The position numbers and the translations under genes are program-made. DNA of 64,000 nucleotides from Candidatus Saccharicenans sp. (GTDB taxonomy: Bacteria > Acidobacteriota > Aminicenantia > Aminicenantales > Saccharicenantaceae), in NCBI GenBank assembly GCA_049719515.1, contig JBNARJ010000012.1, positions 2,823-66,822 on the forward strand, in the 5' to 3' direction. Position 1 is the first letter of the stretch. The number at the start of each line of letters is the position of its first letter. Positions 18,938-27,579 of the stretch are shown here, piece by piece. The notes under the pieces were generated by a model. That model was not told where the DNA came from and ran no database searches. It worked only from the letters and a program-made list of their open reading frames with translations.

Positions 18938-19063
18938 TTATTCTGAATCGTCCTGGAACTTGGGGATGCGAGCTCTTTCCTTCTCTTTTCCAAAGTGGAA
19001 GCCAACCAGAAACATGGTAAAAATACCGATTAGCAGAAGCAATATGTTGAACAGCCTTCTCAT
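18938..19063 (-). CDS. Small single-TM membrane protein, 41 aa (absent from the ORF track)
   Basis: MRRLFNILLLLIGIFTMFLVGFHFGKEKERARIPKFQDDSE*; SD GGGAAGG 5-6 nt upstream. Confidence 0.6.
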   Translation of the reverse strand: MRRLFNILLLLIGIFTMFLVGFHFGKEKERARIPKFQDDSE

Positions 19064-19213
19064 TTTTGCCTTCCCAATAAATTTTTCCCTAAATTTCCAC
19101 GCTTGTCAACAGAAGTTGATGCTTTTTTTTCTGATCAATAAATTTTTTTTATTTTTGTTGCTGATTTGCCAGGCGGTCCTTAAAGTTTTAATATGTTAAG
19201 CAGGAGGGAGAAA

Positions 19214-20653
19214 ATGAACAGGCGAGTTTGGCTCGCTTTGGCTTTAATCTGTTTGCTGGGCTCATGGCACTTTTTACCCGCCCAGGGCGTTAGGAAACCG
19301 GTCTGGGCCGGTCAGTTTTATGAAGCTGACCCAGTGCGCCTGAGCCGCGCCCTTGATTTGTACCTTAACACTGATAAGACTCTGCCTGAAGACAAAGAAA
19401 TTGCAGGGCTAATCTGCCCGCATGCCGGTTATGTGTACGCTGGCCGAGTAGCCGGGGCGGCCTATGCTCTGGCCAGGAACAAAAAAGTGGACACGGTCGT
19501 CATTGTAGGTCCCTCGCACCAGTACGGGTTTGAGGGCTGCTCCATATACGGGAAAGGAGGGTTTGAGACACCGCTGGGTGTAGCACAGGTTGACGAGAAG
19601 CTGGCTCGAGAAATTTCCAGGGCGAGTGGCTTTGGCTATGTACCCCAGGCTCACGCAAAAGAGCATTCTGTAGAAGTACAGGTGCCTTTCATCCAGAAAA
19701 CATGGCCGGAAGCCAAAATAGTGCCCATAGTCATGGGATATCAGTCCCCGGAAACAATTGAAGCCCTTTCCTCTGCCCTGTACAAAACGCTTAAAGGCAA
19801 AAATGTATTGGTGGTGGCTTCCACTGACATGTCTCATTTTTTGACCAGGGAAGCTGCTAACCAGGTGGACCGCCAGACGATTGAACTCATCAAGAAACTG
19901 GACCTGAACACGCTATCGAGAAAGGTGGAAAGAGCAGAAAATATAATGTGCGGTGGCGGCCCCGTTCTGGCACTTCTGCAATACGCCCGCAAATTAGGCC
20001 AGGTCGAAGTGAATGAAGTTATGTACAGCGATTCGACGGCCGCCGGCGGACCGGCTGACCGGGTGGTTGGTTATTTTTCTGCCATAATTCTCGTTGAAGA
20101 GAAACGCCAGCCGATGGAATTTACCGGAGAAGAAAAACAGGAGCTTCTGGCGCTGGCCCGGCAATCTATCGCCCATTATCTGGAGACGGGCCAGGTGCTC
20201 AATATCGTGCCCGAAAACCCGAAATTCAAAAGGCCAGCCGGGGCTTTTGTCACCCTGCGGATTAATAAGGAGCTGCGGGGTTGCATAGGTTTTGTCGAAC
20301 CGGTGTTTCCCCTTTATCAGACGATAATTCAATCAGCGGTTTATGCGGCTACCCAGGACCCCAGGTTTCCCCCGCTCAGAAAGAGTGAGCTTAACCGGGT
20401 GAAGATAGAAATCTCTGTTCTCGGGCCACTTGAACCGGTGGAGAATGTCTCGGACATCGAAGTTGGCCGACACGGCCTTTTGATTAAGCAGAAAGGCCGG
20501 AGCGGGCTGCTCCTTCCTCAGGTGGCCACGGAATTTGGCTGGGACCGGCAAACTTTTCTGGTGGAGGTTTGCCGAAAAGCTGGCCTGCCGGACAATGCCT
20601 GGAAACAAACAGGCTCGCTTTTCAAGTTTGAAGCGGTGGTTTTTGAAGAATAG
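19214..20653 (+). CDS. amrB: AmmeMemoRadiSam protein B (MEMO1) + protein A (AMMECR1) fusion with an N-terminal signal peptide
   Basis: MEMO motifs PHAGY, GPSH, EHSVEVQVPF, STDMSH, MCG; AMMECR1 motifs GAFVTL..LRGCIG, DPRF, LLLPQVA, KAG. RBS AGGAGGGAG before ATG 19214. Confidence 0.9.
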   Translation: MNRRVWLALALICLLGSWHFLPAQGVRKPVWAGQFYEADPVRLSRALDLYLNTDKTLPEDKEIAGLICPHAGYVYAGRVAGAAYALARNKKVDTVVIVGPSHQYGFEGCSIYGKGGFETPLGVAQVDEKLAREISRASGFGYVPQAHAKEHSVEVQVPFIQKTWPEAKIVPIVMGYQSPETIEALSSALYKTLKGKNVLVVASTDMSHFLTREAANQVDRQTIELIKKLDLNTLSRKVERAENIMCGGGPVLALLQYARKLGQVEVNEVMYSDSTAAGGPADRVVGYFSAIILVEEKRQPMEFTGEEKQELLALARQSIAHYLETGQVLNIVPENPKFKRPAGAFVTLRINKELRGCIGFVEPVFPLYQTIIQSAVYAATQDPRFPPLRKSELNRVKIEISVLGPLEPVENVSDIEVGRHGLLIKQKGRSGLLLPQVATEFGWDRQTFLVEVCRKAGLPDNAWKQTGSLFKFEAVVFEE

Positions 20654-20715
20654 ACAGGCAGATTTGCTAAAGCGGCCGACTAAACATATAATTTAATCTG
20701 GAAGGTGAAAAGAAA

Positions 20716-20976
20716 ATGAGCTGGACAATTTATGCCATTCTGATAATTTTTGGCCTGTTCATCGTGCTGATGATCATTAACCCCAACCTGTCCTGCTTTG
20801 GACGCCGCATCCGTTCTCCGTTTTATCCTGTTATCAGAAAGAGGAAAATGAAAATAGCCGCCAGGGATTATAAATTTGATGTCACGGGAGAAGGGCAGGC
20901 GAAGAAAACTCCTGCCGCTGGCGACCCGGAAGTGAAGAAAAAGCTGGAAGACGAATACGGCTTCAAGCTCGATTAA
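20716..20976 (+). CDS. Hypothetical small membrane-anchored protein
   Basis: 86 aa; N-terminal TM helix followed by a basic segment; SD GAAGG. Confidence 0.7.
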   Translation: MSWTIYAILIIFGLFIVLMIINPNLSCFGRRIRSPFYPVIRKRKMKIAARDYKFDVTGEGQAKKTPAAGDPEVKKKLEDEYGFKLD

Positions 20977-21000
20977 AGCTGAAACACACGAGGAACTTAG

Positions 21001-21711
21001 GTGGGCCGGGTAAGAAGGGGATGGCTAAAAATTTATGCCACGCTTTTTGAAAGCAAACTTTCTGCTTTTTCGATTGTTCTATTAAGTTTGGTTTTCCTGG
21101 CCGGCTGTTTTGTATCGCCGGTTCGAATCATTCCCGCCAGAGAAGTGGAGTCGATTCAGGCGGAAAGTTCCTTTTTTTATCACGGAGAGGCCGGGCAGGG
21201 CCGCTCGCGTTTGCTAATGTATCTTCAAACACCAGACCGCCTGCGGCTGGAAATTTTTAACCCCTTTGGCGGGCTCGAATACATCCTCTGGTTAAATGGC
21301 GAACAGGCGAGCCTTTATCTTCCGGGGAAGAAAGTTTTCTGGGAAGGAAGCAGTCTGAAGCTGACCACGGAATTTCTCGGCGGACCAATCACCACAAACG
21401 AGCTGGCCTGGCTTTTTTCAGGCAGAATAGAACAATTGAGCCAGAGCCCGGGCTGGAAGTCTGCCGGTCAACGGCCGTCAAATTTTTATGTGGGTGAAAA
21501 AGATGGCTGGAAGTTGAGCATAAAAGAATTTTTCAAAGGGGGAGAAATACCGAGAACCATTTACTTCGAAAAGCCGGGTCAGGTAGTACGGCTTCGCCTT
21601 CTAAAAATAAAGTTTAATCCGAGATTTAGTACTGAGGTCTTTTTACCATCTTATGCCCAATCGGCGGAAAAATTATCCTGGGAAGAGATTTCTGAGCTAT
21701 GGAAGAAGTAG
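21001..21711 (+). CDS. Lipoprotein, putative LolB/DUF4292-like
   Basis: Lipobox LAGC; beta-rich LRLEIFNPFG segment; sits at the lolB position immediately upstream of ispE. Confidence 0.55.
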   Translation: MGRVRRGWLKIYATLFESKLSAFSIVLLSLVFLAGCFVSPVRIIPAREVESIQAESSFFYHGEAGQGRSRLLMYLQTPDRLRLEIFNPFGGLEYILWLNGEQASLYLPGKKVFWEGSSLKLTTEFLGGPITTNELAWLFSGRIEQLSQSPGWKSAGQRPSNFYVGEKDGWKLSIKEFFKGGEIPRTIYFEKPGQVVRLRLLKIKFNPRFSTEVFLPSYAQSAEKLSWEEISELWKK

Positions 21712-22604
21712 TGTGTTTTTCGCCCGCCAAGATAAACCTCGGGCTGGAGATAACCGGCTTGAGGGAAGATGGCTACCACGAGCTTATAACTCTGTTTCAG
21801 ACGGTGGACCTGTGCGACAGAATAATTTTTAAGCGCAGAGAAGATAGACAGCTTCTGCTCTCTGGAAATGACCCGGCCGTTCCCTGGGACAGGCACAACT
21901 TAATTTTCCGAGCGGCGGAAGCACTGCAAATCAAGACGGGTACTTCTTCCGGTGTGGAGATTTGGGTCGAGAAAAACATCCCGGCCGGCCGGGGGCTGGG
22001 TGGCGGAAGCAGTAATGCCGCGGTAACGCTTTTGTGTCTGAACCGGCTGTGGAATACCGGGCTATCAATAAAGGATTTGTATCCTTTGGCTGTTGCACTC
22101 GGCGCTGACGTGCCATTTTTTCTGTGGGGTGGCCTCTGCCTGGGTCGTGGTCGGGGAGAAAAAATTCAGCCTTTGCCTGAGAACAAGAAATGGTGGGTCC
22201 TGCTGGTCTTGCCCAGCTTTTCAATCTCTACCGCCACAGCTTACCGAGAATACGACCGACTGGCGGACTCCTTGACTTCAAAGGGTAAAGAAAGTAAAAT
22301 TATTCAGTTTTTAGAAGCTAAAGATATTTCACTAATTAGAAGTTTCAGGAATGATTTAGAAGCTGTAGCTTTTAAAATAAATCCGCAGCTGGCCAAGATA
22401 AAACAGAGCATCCAAAGAAGCGGAGCAGAATTATCTCTTATGAGCGGTTCGGGTTCGGCCTTGTTTGGCTTGTTTTCGGAAGAGACCAAAGCGCGGGAAG
22501 CCGCGGAGAAACTGGCCGGCCAGCACAAAACGCTGGTGATAGCTACAGTTAACAGAACAGAATACAGGCGCAAGCTCGGCACTGGGGCGTCGCCAAACTG
22601 GTAA
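21699..22604 (+). CDS. ispE: 4-diphosphocytidyl-2-C-methyl-D-erythritol kinase
   Basis: PAKINLGL, YHEL, IPAGRGLGGGSSNAA, LGADVPFF, MSGSGSALF. Confidence 0.97.
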   Translation: MEEVVCFSPAKINLGLEITGLREDGYHELITLFQTVDLCDRIIFKRREDRQLLLSGNDPAVPWDRHNLIFRAAEALQIKTGTSSGVEIWVEKNIPAGRGLGGGSSNAAVTLLCLNRLWNTGLSIKDLYPLAVALGADVPFFLWGGLCLGRGRGEKIQPLPENKKWWVLLVLPSFSISTATAYREYDRLADSLTSKGKESKIIQFLEAKDISLIRSFRNDLEAVAFKINPQLAKIKQSIQRSGAELSLMSGSGSALFGLFSEETKAREAAEKLAGQHKTLVIATVNRTEYRRKLGTGASPNW

Positions 22605-22655
22605 GGCAACGGACTTTGGATCCGTCATTTGGAGGTTCGAGTCCTCCCGCCCCAG
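22583..22655 (+). tRNA. tRNA-Gln(TTG), CCA not encoded
   Basis: Cloverleaf: acceptor TGGGGCG/CGCCCCA, D arm GCC/GGC, anticodon arm ACGGA-CTTTGGA-TCCGT, T arm GGAGG-TTCGAGT-CCTCC. Confidence 0.97.
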
Positions 22656-22689
22656 CTTGACAAGTTAGATTGGCTTTAAGGATAGCAAA

Positions 22690-23619
22690 ATGAAGGTATT
22701 TAGCGGCTCTTCAAACCCTGAACTGGCCAGGAAAATAGCCAGCTATTTAGGGATCGAACTCGGCCGTTGTGTGCTCGGCCGTTTTGCCGACGGAGAAATT
22801 CACTTTTACATCGATGAAAATGTGCGGGGAGAGGATGTTTTTGTCATTCAGTCCGGTTGCTCGGATGCCAATTTCCACCTGATGGAACTTTTTGTCATGC
22901 TGGATGCTTTCAAGCGAGCCTCGGCCGGCCGCATAACAGCTGTTATTCCCTATTATGCATACGCTCGCCAAGACTGGAAAGACCGGCCGCGAGTGCCGAT
23001 TTCGGCCAGGCTGATGGCTGACCTGCTGGAAAAAGCCGGGGCCAACCGCGTGCTGACCATGGACCTGCATTCACCCCAGATCCAGGGCTTTTTCTCCATC
23101 CCGGTTGACAACCTGACTTCAGCCCCGGTGATCGCCAACCACGTCCGCACTCTAAACCTGGAAAACCTGACCGTTGTTTCGCCCGATGCCGGCGGAGTCG
23201 GGCGGGCTCGCGTGTTTGCCAAGAGGCTGAACGCCATGCTGGCCATCATTGACAAGAGAAGGCCGGCGCCGAACGTGGCCCAGGTTTTGCACGTTATAGG
23301 CGATGTGAAGGATAAGGATGTAATCCTGTTCGATGACATGGTGGACACGGCCGGCACGCTTACTCTGGGGGTGGAAGCCCTGAAGCGCGAAGGCGCCAGG
23401 CGGATTTTTGCGGCCTGCACTCATCCTGTGCTGTCCGGCGAAGCCATTGACCGAATCAACAACTCCAGCCTGGAAAAAGTCTTTGTCACGGATACTATCC
23501 CCCTGAAAGAGCAGGCTAAGAACAGCCAAAAATTTGAAGTGCTGTCTGTGGCTGAGCTGTTCGGCGAAGCCATTCGAAGAATAAATGAGGGTAGCTCAGT
23601 TAGCTCTCTTTTTACTTAA
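22690..23619 (+). CDS. prs: Ribose-phosphate pyrophosphokinase
   Basis: FADGE, PYYAYARQD, DLHSPQIQGFF, VVSPDAGGV, DDMVDTAGT. Confidence 0.98.
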   Translation: MKVFSGSSNPELARKIASYLGIELGRCVLGRFADGEIHFYIDENVRGEDVFVIQSGCSDANFHLMELFVMLDAFKRASAGRITAVIPYYAYARQDWKDRPRVPISARLMADLLEKAGANRVLTMDLHSPQIQGFFSIPVDNLTSAPVIANHVRTLNLENLTVVSPDAGGVGRARVFAKRLNAMLAIIDKRRPAPNVAQVLHVIGDVKDKDVILFDDMVDTAGTLTLGVEALKREGARRIFAACTHPVLSGEAIDRINNSSLEKVFVTDTIPLKEQAKNSQKFEVLSVAELFGEAIRRINEGSSVSSLFT

Positions 23620-23631
23620 GGAGGAGAAAAA

Positions 23632-24294
23632 ATGACACTGGTAATTAAAGCAGAGAAAAGAACCGAACTCGGTAAAAACGCCTCCGGGCGTCTGAGACGG
23701 CAGGGCCTGGTGCCCGCTATTCTTTATGGAGAATCCATAGAGAATATTCCTCTGACTCTGAAGAAAAAGGACGTCATTGAAATCCTGAAGTCAGAGACGG
23801 GCGAAAACACGATTTTTAAAGTGGCTTTTGATTCCGAAGAACGGGATGTCATGATTAAAGAAGTTCAGATTAACCCCATTACCGATGAATTAACTCATGT
23901 AGATTTAATCCAGATTTCCATGGATAAGCCCGTGCGGGTATCCGTGCCGGTCGAGCTGGTGGGCGAGCCGGTCGGTGTGAAAACCGGAGGAGGGGTGGTG
24001 GACTTCTTGCTTCGTGAACTGGAAATTGAATGTTTGCCACGTGAAATTCCTGAATCGATCAAGATTGACATTAGCCCGCTGCACGTACACCAGTCGTTTA
24101 AAGTCCAGAACCTGACGCTTCCGGCCGGGATTAAAATCCTGCATGACCCGAACACGGCCATAGTTGTTATCAGCAGCGTGACGGAAGAAGCGGCCCCGGC
24201 TACCGGTGAGGAAGTGATTGAAGGCGCCGAGATGAAGGAGCCTGAAGTTATCAAGAAAGAGCGCAAGAAAGAAGAAGAAGAGAACAAGGAGTGA
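23632..24294 (+). CDS. rplY: 50S ribosomal protein L25/Ctc
   Basis: GKNASGRLRRQGLVPAILYG, HVDL, G.PVGVKTGG; acidic C-terminal tail. Confidence 0.96.
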   Translation: MTLVIKAEKRTELGKNASGRLRRQGLVPAILYGESIENIPLTLKKKDVIEILKSETGENTIFKVAFDSEERDVMIKEVQINPITDELTHVDLIQISMDKPVRVSVPVELVGEPVGVKTGGGVVDFLLRELEIECLPREIPESIKIDISPLHVHQSFKVQNLTLPAGIKILHDPNTAIVVISSVTEEAAPATGEEVIEGAEMKEPEVIKKERKKEEEENKE

Positions 24295-24297
24295 TGA

Positions 24298-24867
24298 GTG
24301 TGGCTGGTGGTTGGCCTGGGTAACCCCGGGACGGAGTACAGCAGGACGCGCCACAACCTCGGTTTCCTGGTGGTCCAGGCCTTAGCCCGCGAGCAGGGGC
24401 TTCAGATAAAAGAAAAAAAATACCGGTCGAAAGTGGCCACGGCCGAAATAGACGGGCAGAAGGTCATCCTGGCCCTCCCTCAAACCTACATGAACCTGAG
24501 CGGGCTGGCCGTGAAGGATTTGCTTGACGGCTACCACCTGCCTCCGGAAAGAATGGTGGTCGTGTACGATGACCTTGACCTGCGCTTCGGTGATATCCGG
24601 GTCCGACCCCAGGGAAGCCCCGGCACGCACAAGGGAATGAAATCTATAGTCCAGGAAATAAATACGACTGTGTTTCCCAGGGTTAGAGTGGGTATTGGCC
24701 CGAAGAGTGAAGGCCAGGACGCGGCGGAGTTTGTGCTGTCAGAGTTTTCGCCCGAAGAGCGGGAGAACTTGAAAGAAGTTATTGACAGAGCCTGCACGGC
24801 GGTAAAAATGGTCCTGGCCGGGGAGATGCAGAGGGCCATGAACGAATTTAACCGGAAGAAGGTTTGA
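24298..24867 (+). CDS. pth: Peptidyl-tRNA hydrolase
   Basis: LVVGLGNPG..Y..TRHNLGF, PQTYMNLSG, VVYDDLDL. Confidence 0.97.
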   Translation: MWLVVGLGNPGTEYSRTRHNLGFLVVQALAREQGLQIKEKKYRSKVATAEIDGQKVILALPQTYMNLSGLAVKDLLDGYHLPPERMVVVYDDLDLRFGDIRVRPQGSPGTHKGMKSIVQEINTTVFPRVRVGIGPKSEGQDAAEFVLSEFSPEERENLKEVIDRACTAVKMVLAGEMQRAMNEFNRKKV

Positions 24868-24900
24868 TTTTTTCTGGAAATAGTTTAAAATATGTGTTCA

Positions 24901-24950
24901 ACTCCTTGCTCGTGCCGGTGAGAGCACGGGCTATAAAACCGTGAGGAGGT
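24901..24950 (+). ncRNA. S6:S18 ribosomal protein leader (autogenous control element)
   Basis: CTCCTT can pair with the SD GAGGAG; inner hairpin GCTCGTGC/GCACGGGC; conserved unpaired CCG just before the SD; directly upstream of rpsF-rpsR. Confidence 0.8.
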
Positions 24951-24954
24951 TAAG

Positions 24955-25362
24955 ATGAATCAATACGAAACAGGTTTCATTATCGCACCCAACCTGTCGG
25001 AAGAAGAAACCACGGCGCTGATTGCTCAGATGGCCGAGGTTGTGCCGGCCAAAAAAGGCCGGATGATCAAACAGGACCTCTGGGGAAAAAGAAGGCTGGC
25101 TTATCCCATCAAAAGGTTTACAGAAGGTTTTTATGTCTTCTTTACCTATGAAGGCACCCCGGCTGTTCCGGCTGAACTGGAAAGGAAATTCAAGCAAACG
25201 GACGCTATCCTGCGCTTCATGACCATCAAAAAGGACCCCAGAGGAATGGTTAAAGGCAAGGAAAAAGAGACAAAGGCTGAGCCAGCACCGGCGGCCGAGC
25301 CTGAAGTGACCGCAGAGGTTAAGGTTGAAGCCGAGACTGCTTCTGGTGAGGAGGTAAAATAA
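24955..25362 (+). CDS. rpsF: 30S ribosomal protein S6
   Basis: [26 protein letters not shown]. Confidence 0.97.
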   Translation: MNQYETGFIIAPNLSEEETTALIAQMAEVVPAKKGRMIKQDLWGKRRLAYPIKRFTEGFYVFFTYEGTPAVPAELERKFKQTDAILRFMTIKKDPRGMVKGKEKETKAEPAPAAEPEVTAEVKVEAETASGEEVK

Positions 25363-25363
25363 G

Positions 25364-25630
25364 ATGGCTAACAGAGAAGAAAGAGAAAAAACAGAAAAAA
25401 CACAGGCCAGGAAATTCTTTCCTCCGAAGAAAAAAGTCTGCCGTTTTTGCGAAAGGAATTTGAGGGATATAGACTATAAAGCGGTAGAAATTCTGCGGAA
25501 ATACATACCAGACCGAGGCAAGATTGCTCCCCGCCGCGTAACCGGCACCTGTGCCTATCATCAGAGAAAGCTGGCCAGAGCCATCAAAAGAGCTCGGATC
25601 ATGGCCCTGTTGCCGTTTGTGGAAGATTGA
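25364..25630 (+). CDS. rpsR: 30S ribosomal protein S18 (Cys-containing form)
   Basis: [38 protein letters not shown]. Confidence 0.97.
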   Translation: MANREEREKTEKTQARKFFPPKKKVCRFCERNLRDIDYKAVEILRKYIPDRGKIAPRRVTGTCAYHQRKLARAIKRARIMALLPFVED

Positions 25631-25647
25631 CAGGCAGGAGGCTACCG

Positions 25648-26133
25648 ATGAAAGTTATTCTGCTGGAAAACGTGGAAAAAGTTGGACGCAAAGGCGACAT
25701 CCTGGAAGTAGCGCCCGGTTTTGCCCGCAACTATCTCATCCCCCGGCGCCTGGCGATGGAGGTAACCCCCGCCAACCTGAAGATGGTGGAAATGCAGCAG
25801 AAAGCGCTGCGAAAGAAGCTGGAAAAAGAACGGCTCACTTACCAGGAACTCATCAAGAAGCTGAACGAAGTCACCTTAACTTTTTATCGTCGCTCGAGCG
25901 AAAAGGACGTTATTTTTGGTTCTGTCTCGGCGGCGGACATACAGGAAGAACTGGCCAAACTCGGCTTTGAGATAGACAAGAAAAAAATTATTCTGGATGA
26001 GCCAATTAAAAGGTTGGGAACCTTTACGGTGCCCATCAAGGTCTATCATGAAGACCGGGCAGAGATAAAAGTTATAGTCGAAAAAGAGGCTCAACCTCAG
26101 GCCGAACCAGCTGAAGAAAAACAGAACTCTTGA
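25648..26133 (+). CDS. rplI: 50S ribosomal protein L9
   Basis: MKVILLENVEKVG..GD..V.PGFARNYLIP, IFGSV. Start reassigned to ATG 25648. Confidence 0.97.
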   Translation: MKVILLENVEKVGRKGDILEVAPGFARNYLIPRRLAMEVTPANLKMVEMQQKALRKKLEKERLTYQELIKKLNEVTLTFYRRSSEKDVIFGSVSAADIQEELAKLGFEIDKKKIILDEPIKRLGTFTVPIKVYHEDRAEIKVIVEKEAQPQAEPAEEKQNS

Positions 26134-26207
26134 GAACGGGCAGATTGCAGTTTCGTCTCTTTAAAGCATGAGACCCAGGGGGTTAAATCCCCTGAAGAGA
26201 GATAAAC

Positions 26208-27572
26208 ATGGAATTTGATTTAACCGTTCTCAAAAAAGCTCCGCCGCACAGTCTGGAAGCCGAAAAGACCGTCCTGGGTGGTATTCTGGTCAACAATGCC
26301 TACCTGAATGTGGTCCTTTCAGCCATCAATGTTGAAGATTTCTACAAAGATGCCCACCGGACTATCTTGGAAAAAATGATTGTGTTGATGGACCGGGGGC
26401 AGCCGATTGATTTGCTGACTTTAAGCGAGGAACTCAGCCGGGCCGGTCAGTTAGAGGAAGTGGGGGGTGCTGCCTATTTAGCTTCTTTAATGGACGGAGT
26501 GCCTCGCAGCCTCAACATCGAATACTACGTGCAGATCATCAAAGAAAAATCGCTGCTGCGCAAATTAATATTTTCTTCAGCCAAAATTATCAGCTCTTCT
26601 TACGAACAGCAGGTGGAGGCGGATGAGCTGATCAATGAAGCCCAGCAGGCTATCGTGGAAATCGCCGAAGAAAAGATCAAGCCGGGTTTTGTGCCAGTGG
26701 GTGAGCTGACTGCTTCCATGATGGACACTATCCGGGTGCTGGCTGAGCGGCGGGAAGCCGTCACCGGTATTCCCACCGGTTTTATAGATTTGGACAACAT
26801 AACGGCCGGACTTCACCCTTCTGAATTCATCGTTCTGGCCGCCCGGCCCTCAATGGGTAAGACCGCCCTGGCTTTAAACATTGCCCAGCACGTTGGTTTG
26901 CATACTGATTATTATGCCGGCTTCTTTTCCATTGAGATGTCAAAGGAGCAGGTGGCCCTGAGGCTTCTTTGCTCTGAAGCTCAGGTGGACATTAAAAAAG
27001 CCAGATCCGGCTTTATCAGCGAACGGGAGTTTGAAAAACTCCAGATGGCGGCCGAAACGCTGTCCCAGGCCAGGATTTATATTGACGAGTCGCCTGCCCT
27101 GACGGTCATGGAAATGAAAGCCAAGTGCCGGCGGCTTAAACTCGAAGGTCACCTTGACATCGTCTTCGTGGATTACATCCAGCTGATGCGGACTGGCGGA
27201 CGGTTTGAAAACCGCAACCAGGAAATGTCCTTCATCTCTCGGTCGCTGAAAGAGCTGGCGAAGGAGTTAAAGATACCGGTGGTGGGAATTTCCCAGTTGA
27301 GCCGGGCCCCGGAGAAAATGCGCAAAGAACCCCGGCCGATGCTCTCTGATTTGCGGGAATCTGGAGCCATTGAACAGGATGCGGATGTGGTGATTTTCAT
27401 CTATCGGCCGGATTATTACAATCCAAATGATGAAACTATTCAGGGGATTGCCGAGGTGAGCGTGGCCAAGCAGCGTAACGGGCCGCTGGGCACCGTCCGG
27501 CTGGTTTTCTTGCGGGAGTTTGCCAAGTTTGCCAACATGGAATATGGCTATCGGGAAGAAGAGGGGGTCTAA
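26208..27572 (+). CDS. dnaB: Replicative DNA helicase
   Basis: PPHSLEAEK.VLGG, AARPSMGKT, VDYIQLM, SQLSR, DLRESGAIEQDAD, KQRNGP. Confidence 0.98.
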   Translation: MEFDLTVLKKAPPHSLEAEKTVLGGILVNNAYLNVVLSAINVEDFYKDAHRTILEKMIVLMDRGQPIDLLTLSEELSRAGQLEEVGGAAYLASLMDGVPRSLNIEYYVQIIKEKSLLRKLIFSSAKIISSSYEQQVEADELINEAQQAIVEIAEEKIKPGFVPVGELTASMMDTIRVLAERREAVTGIPTGFIDLDNITAGLHPSEFIVLAARPSMGKTALALNIAQHVGLHTDYYAGFFSIEMSKEQVALRLLCSEAQVDIKKARSGFISEREFEKLQMAAETLSQARIYIDESPALTVMEMKAKCRRLKLEGHLDIVFVDYIQLMRTGGRFENRNQEMSFISRSLKELAKELKIPVVGISQLSRAPEKMRKEPRPMLSDLRESGAIEQDADVVIFIYRPDYYNPNDETIQGIAEVSVAKQRNGPLGTVRLVFLREFAKFANMEYGYREEEGV

Positions 27573-27579
27573 ATAAAAA

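Noticed and set aside
21020-21049. Out-of-frame SD-led ATG near the start of the lipoprotein gene, suggesting a frameshift
   Set aside because: The GTG at 21001 has its own SD (GAGGA) and gives an intact frame with a lipobox, so no frameshift is needed.
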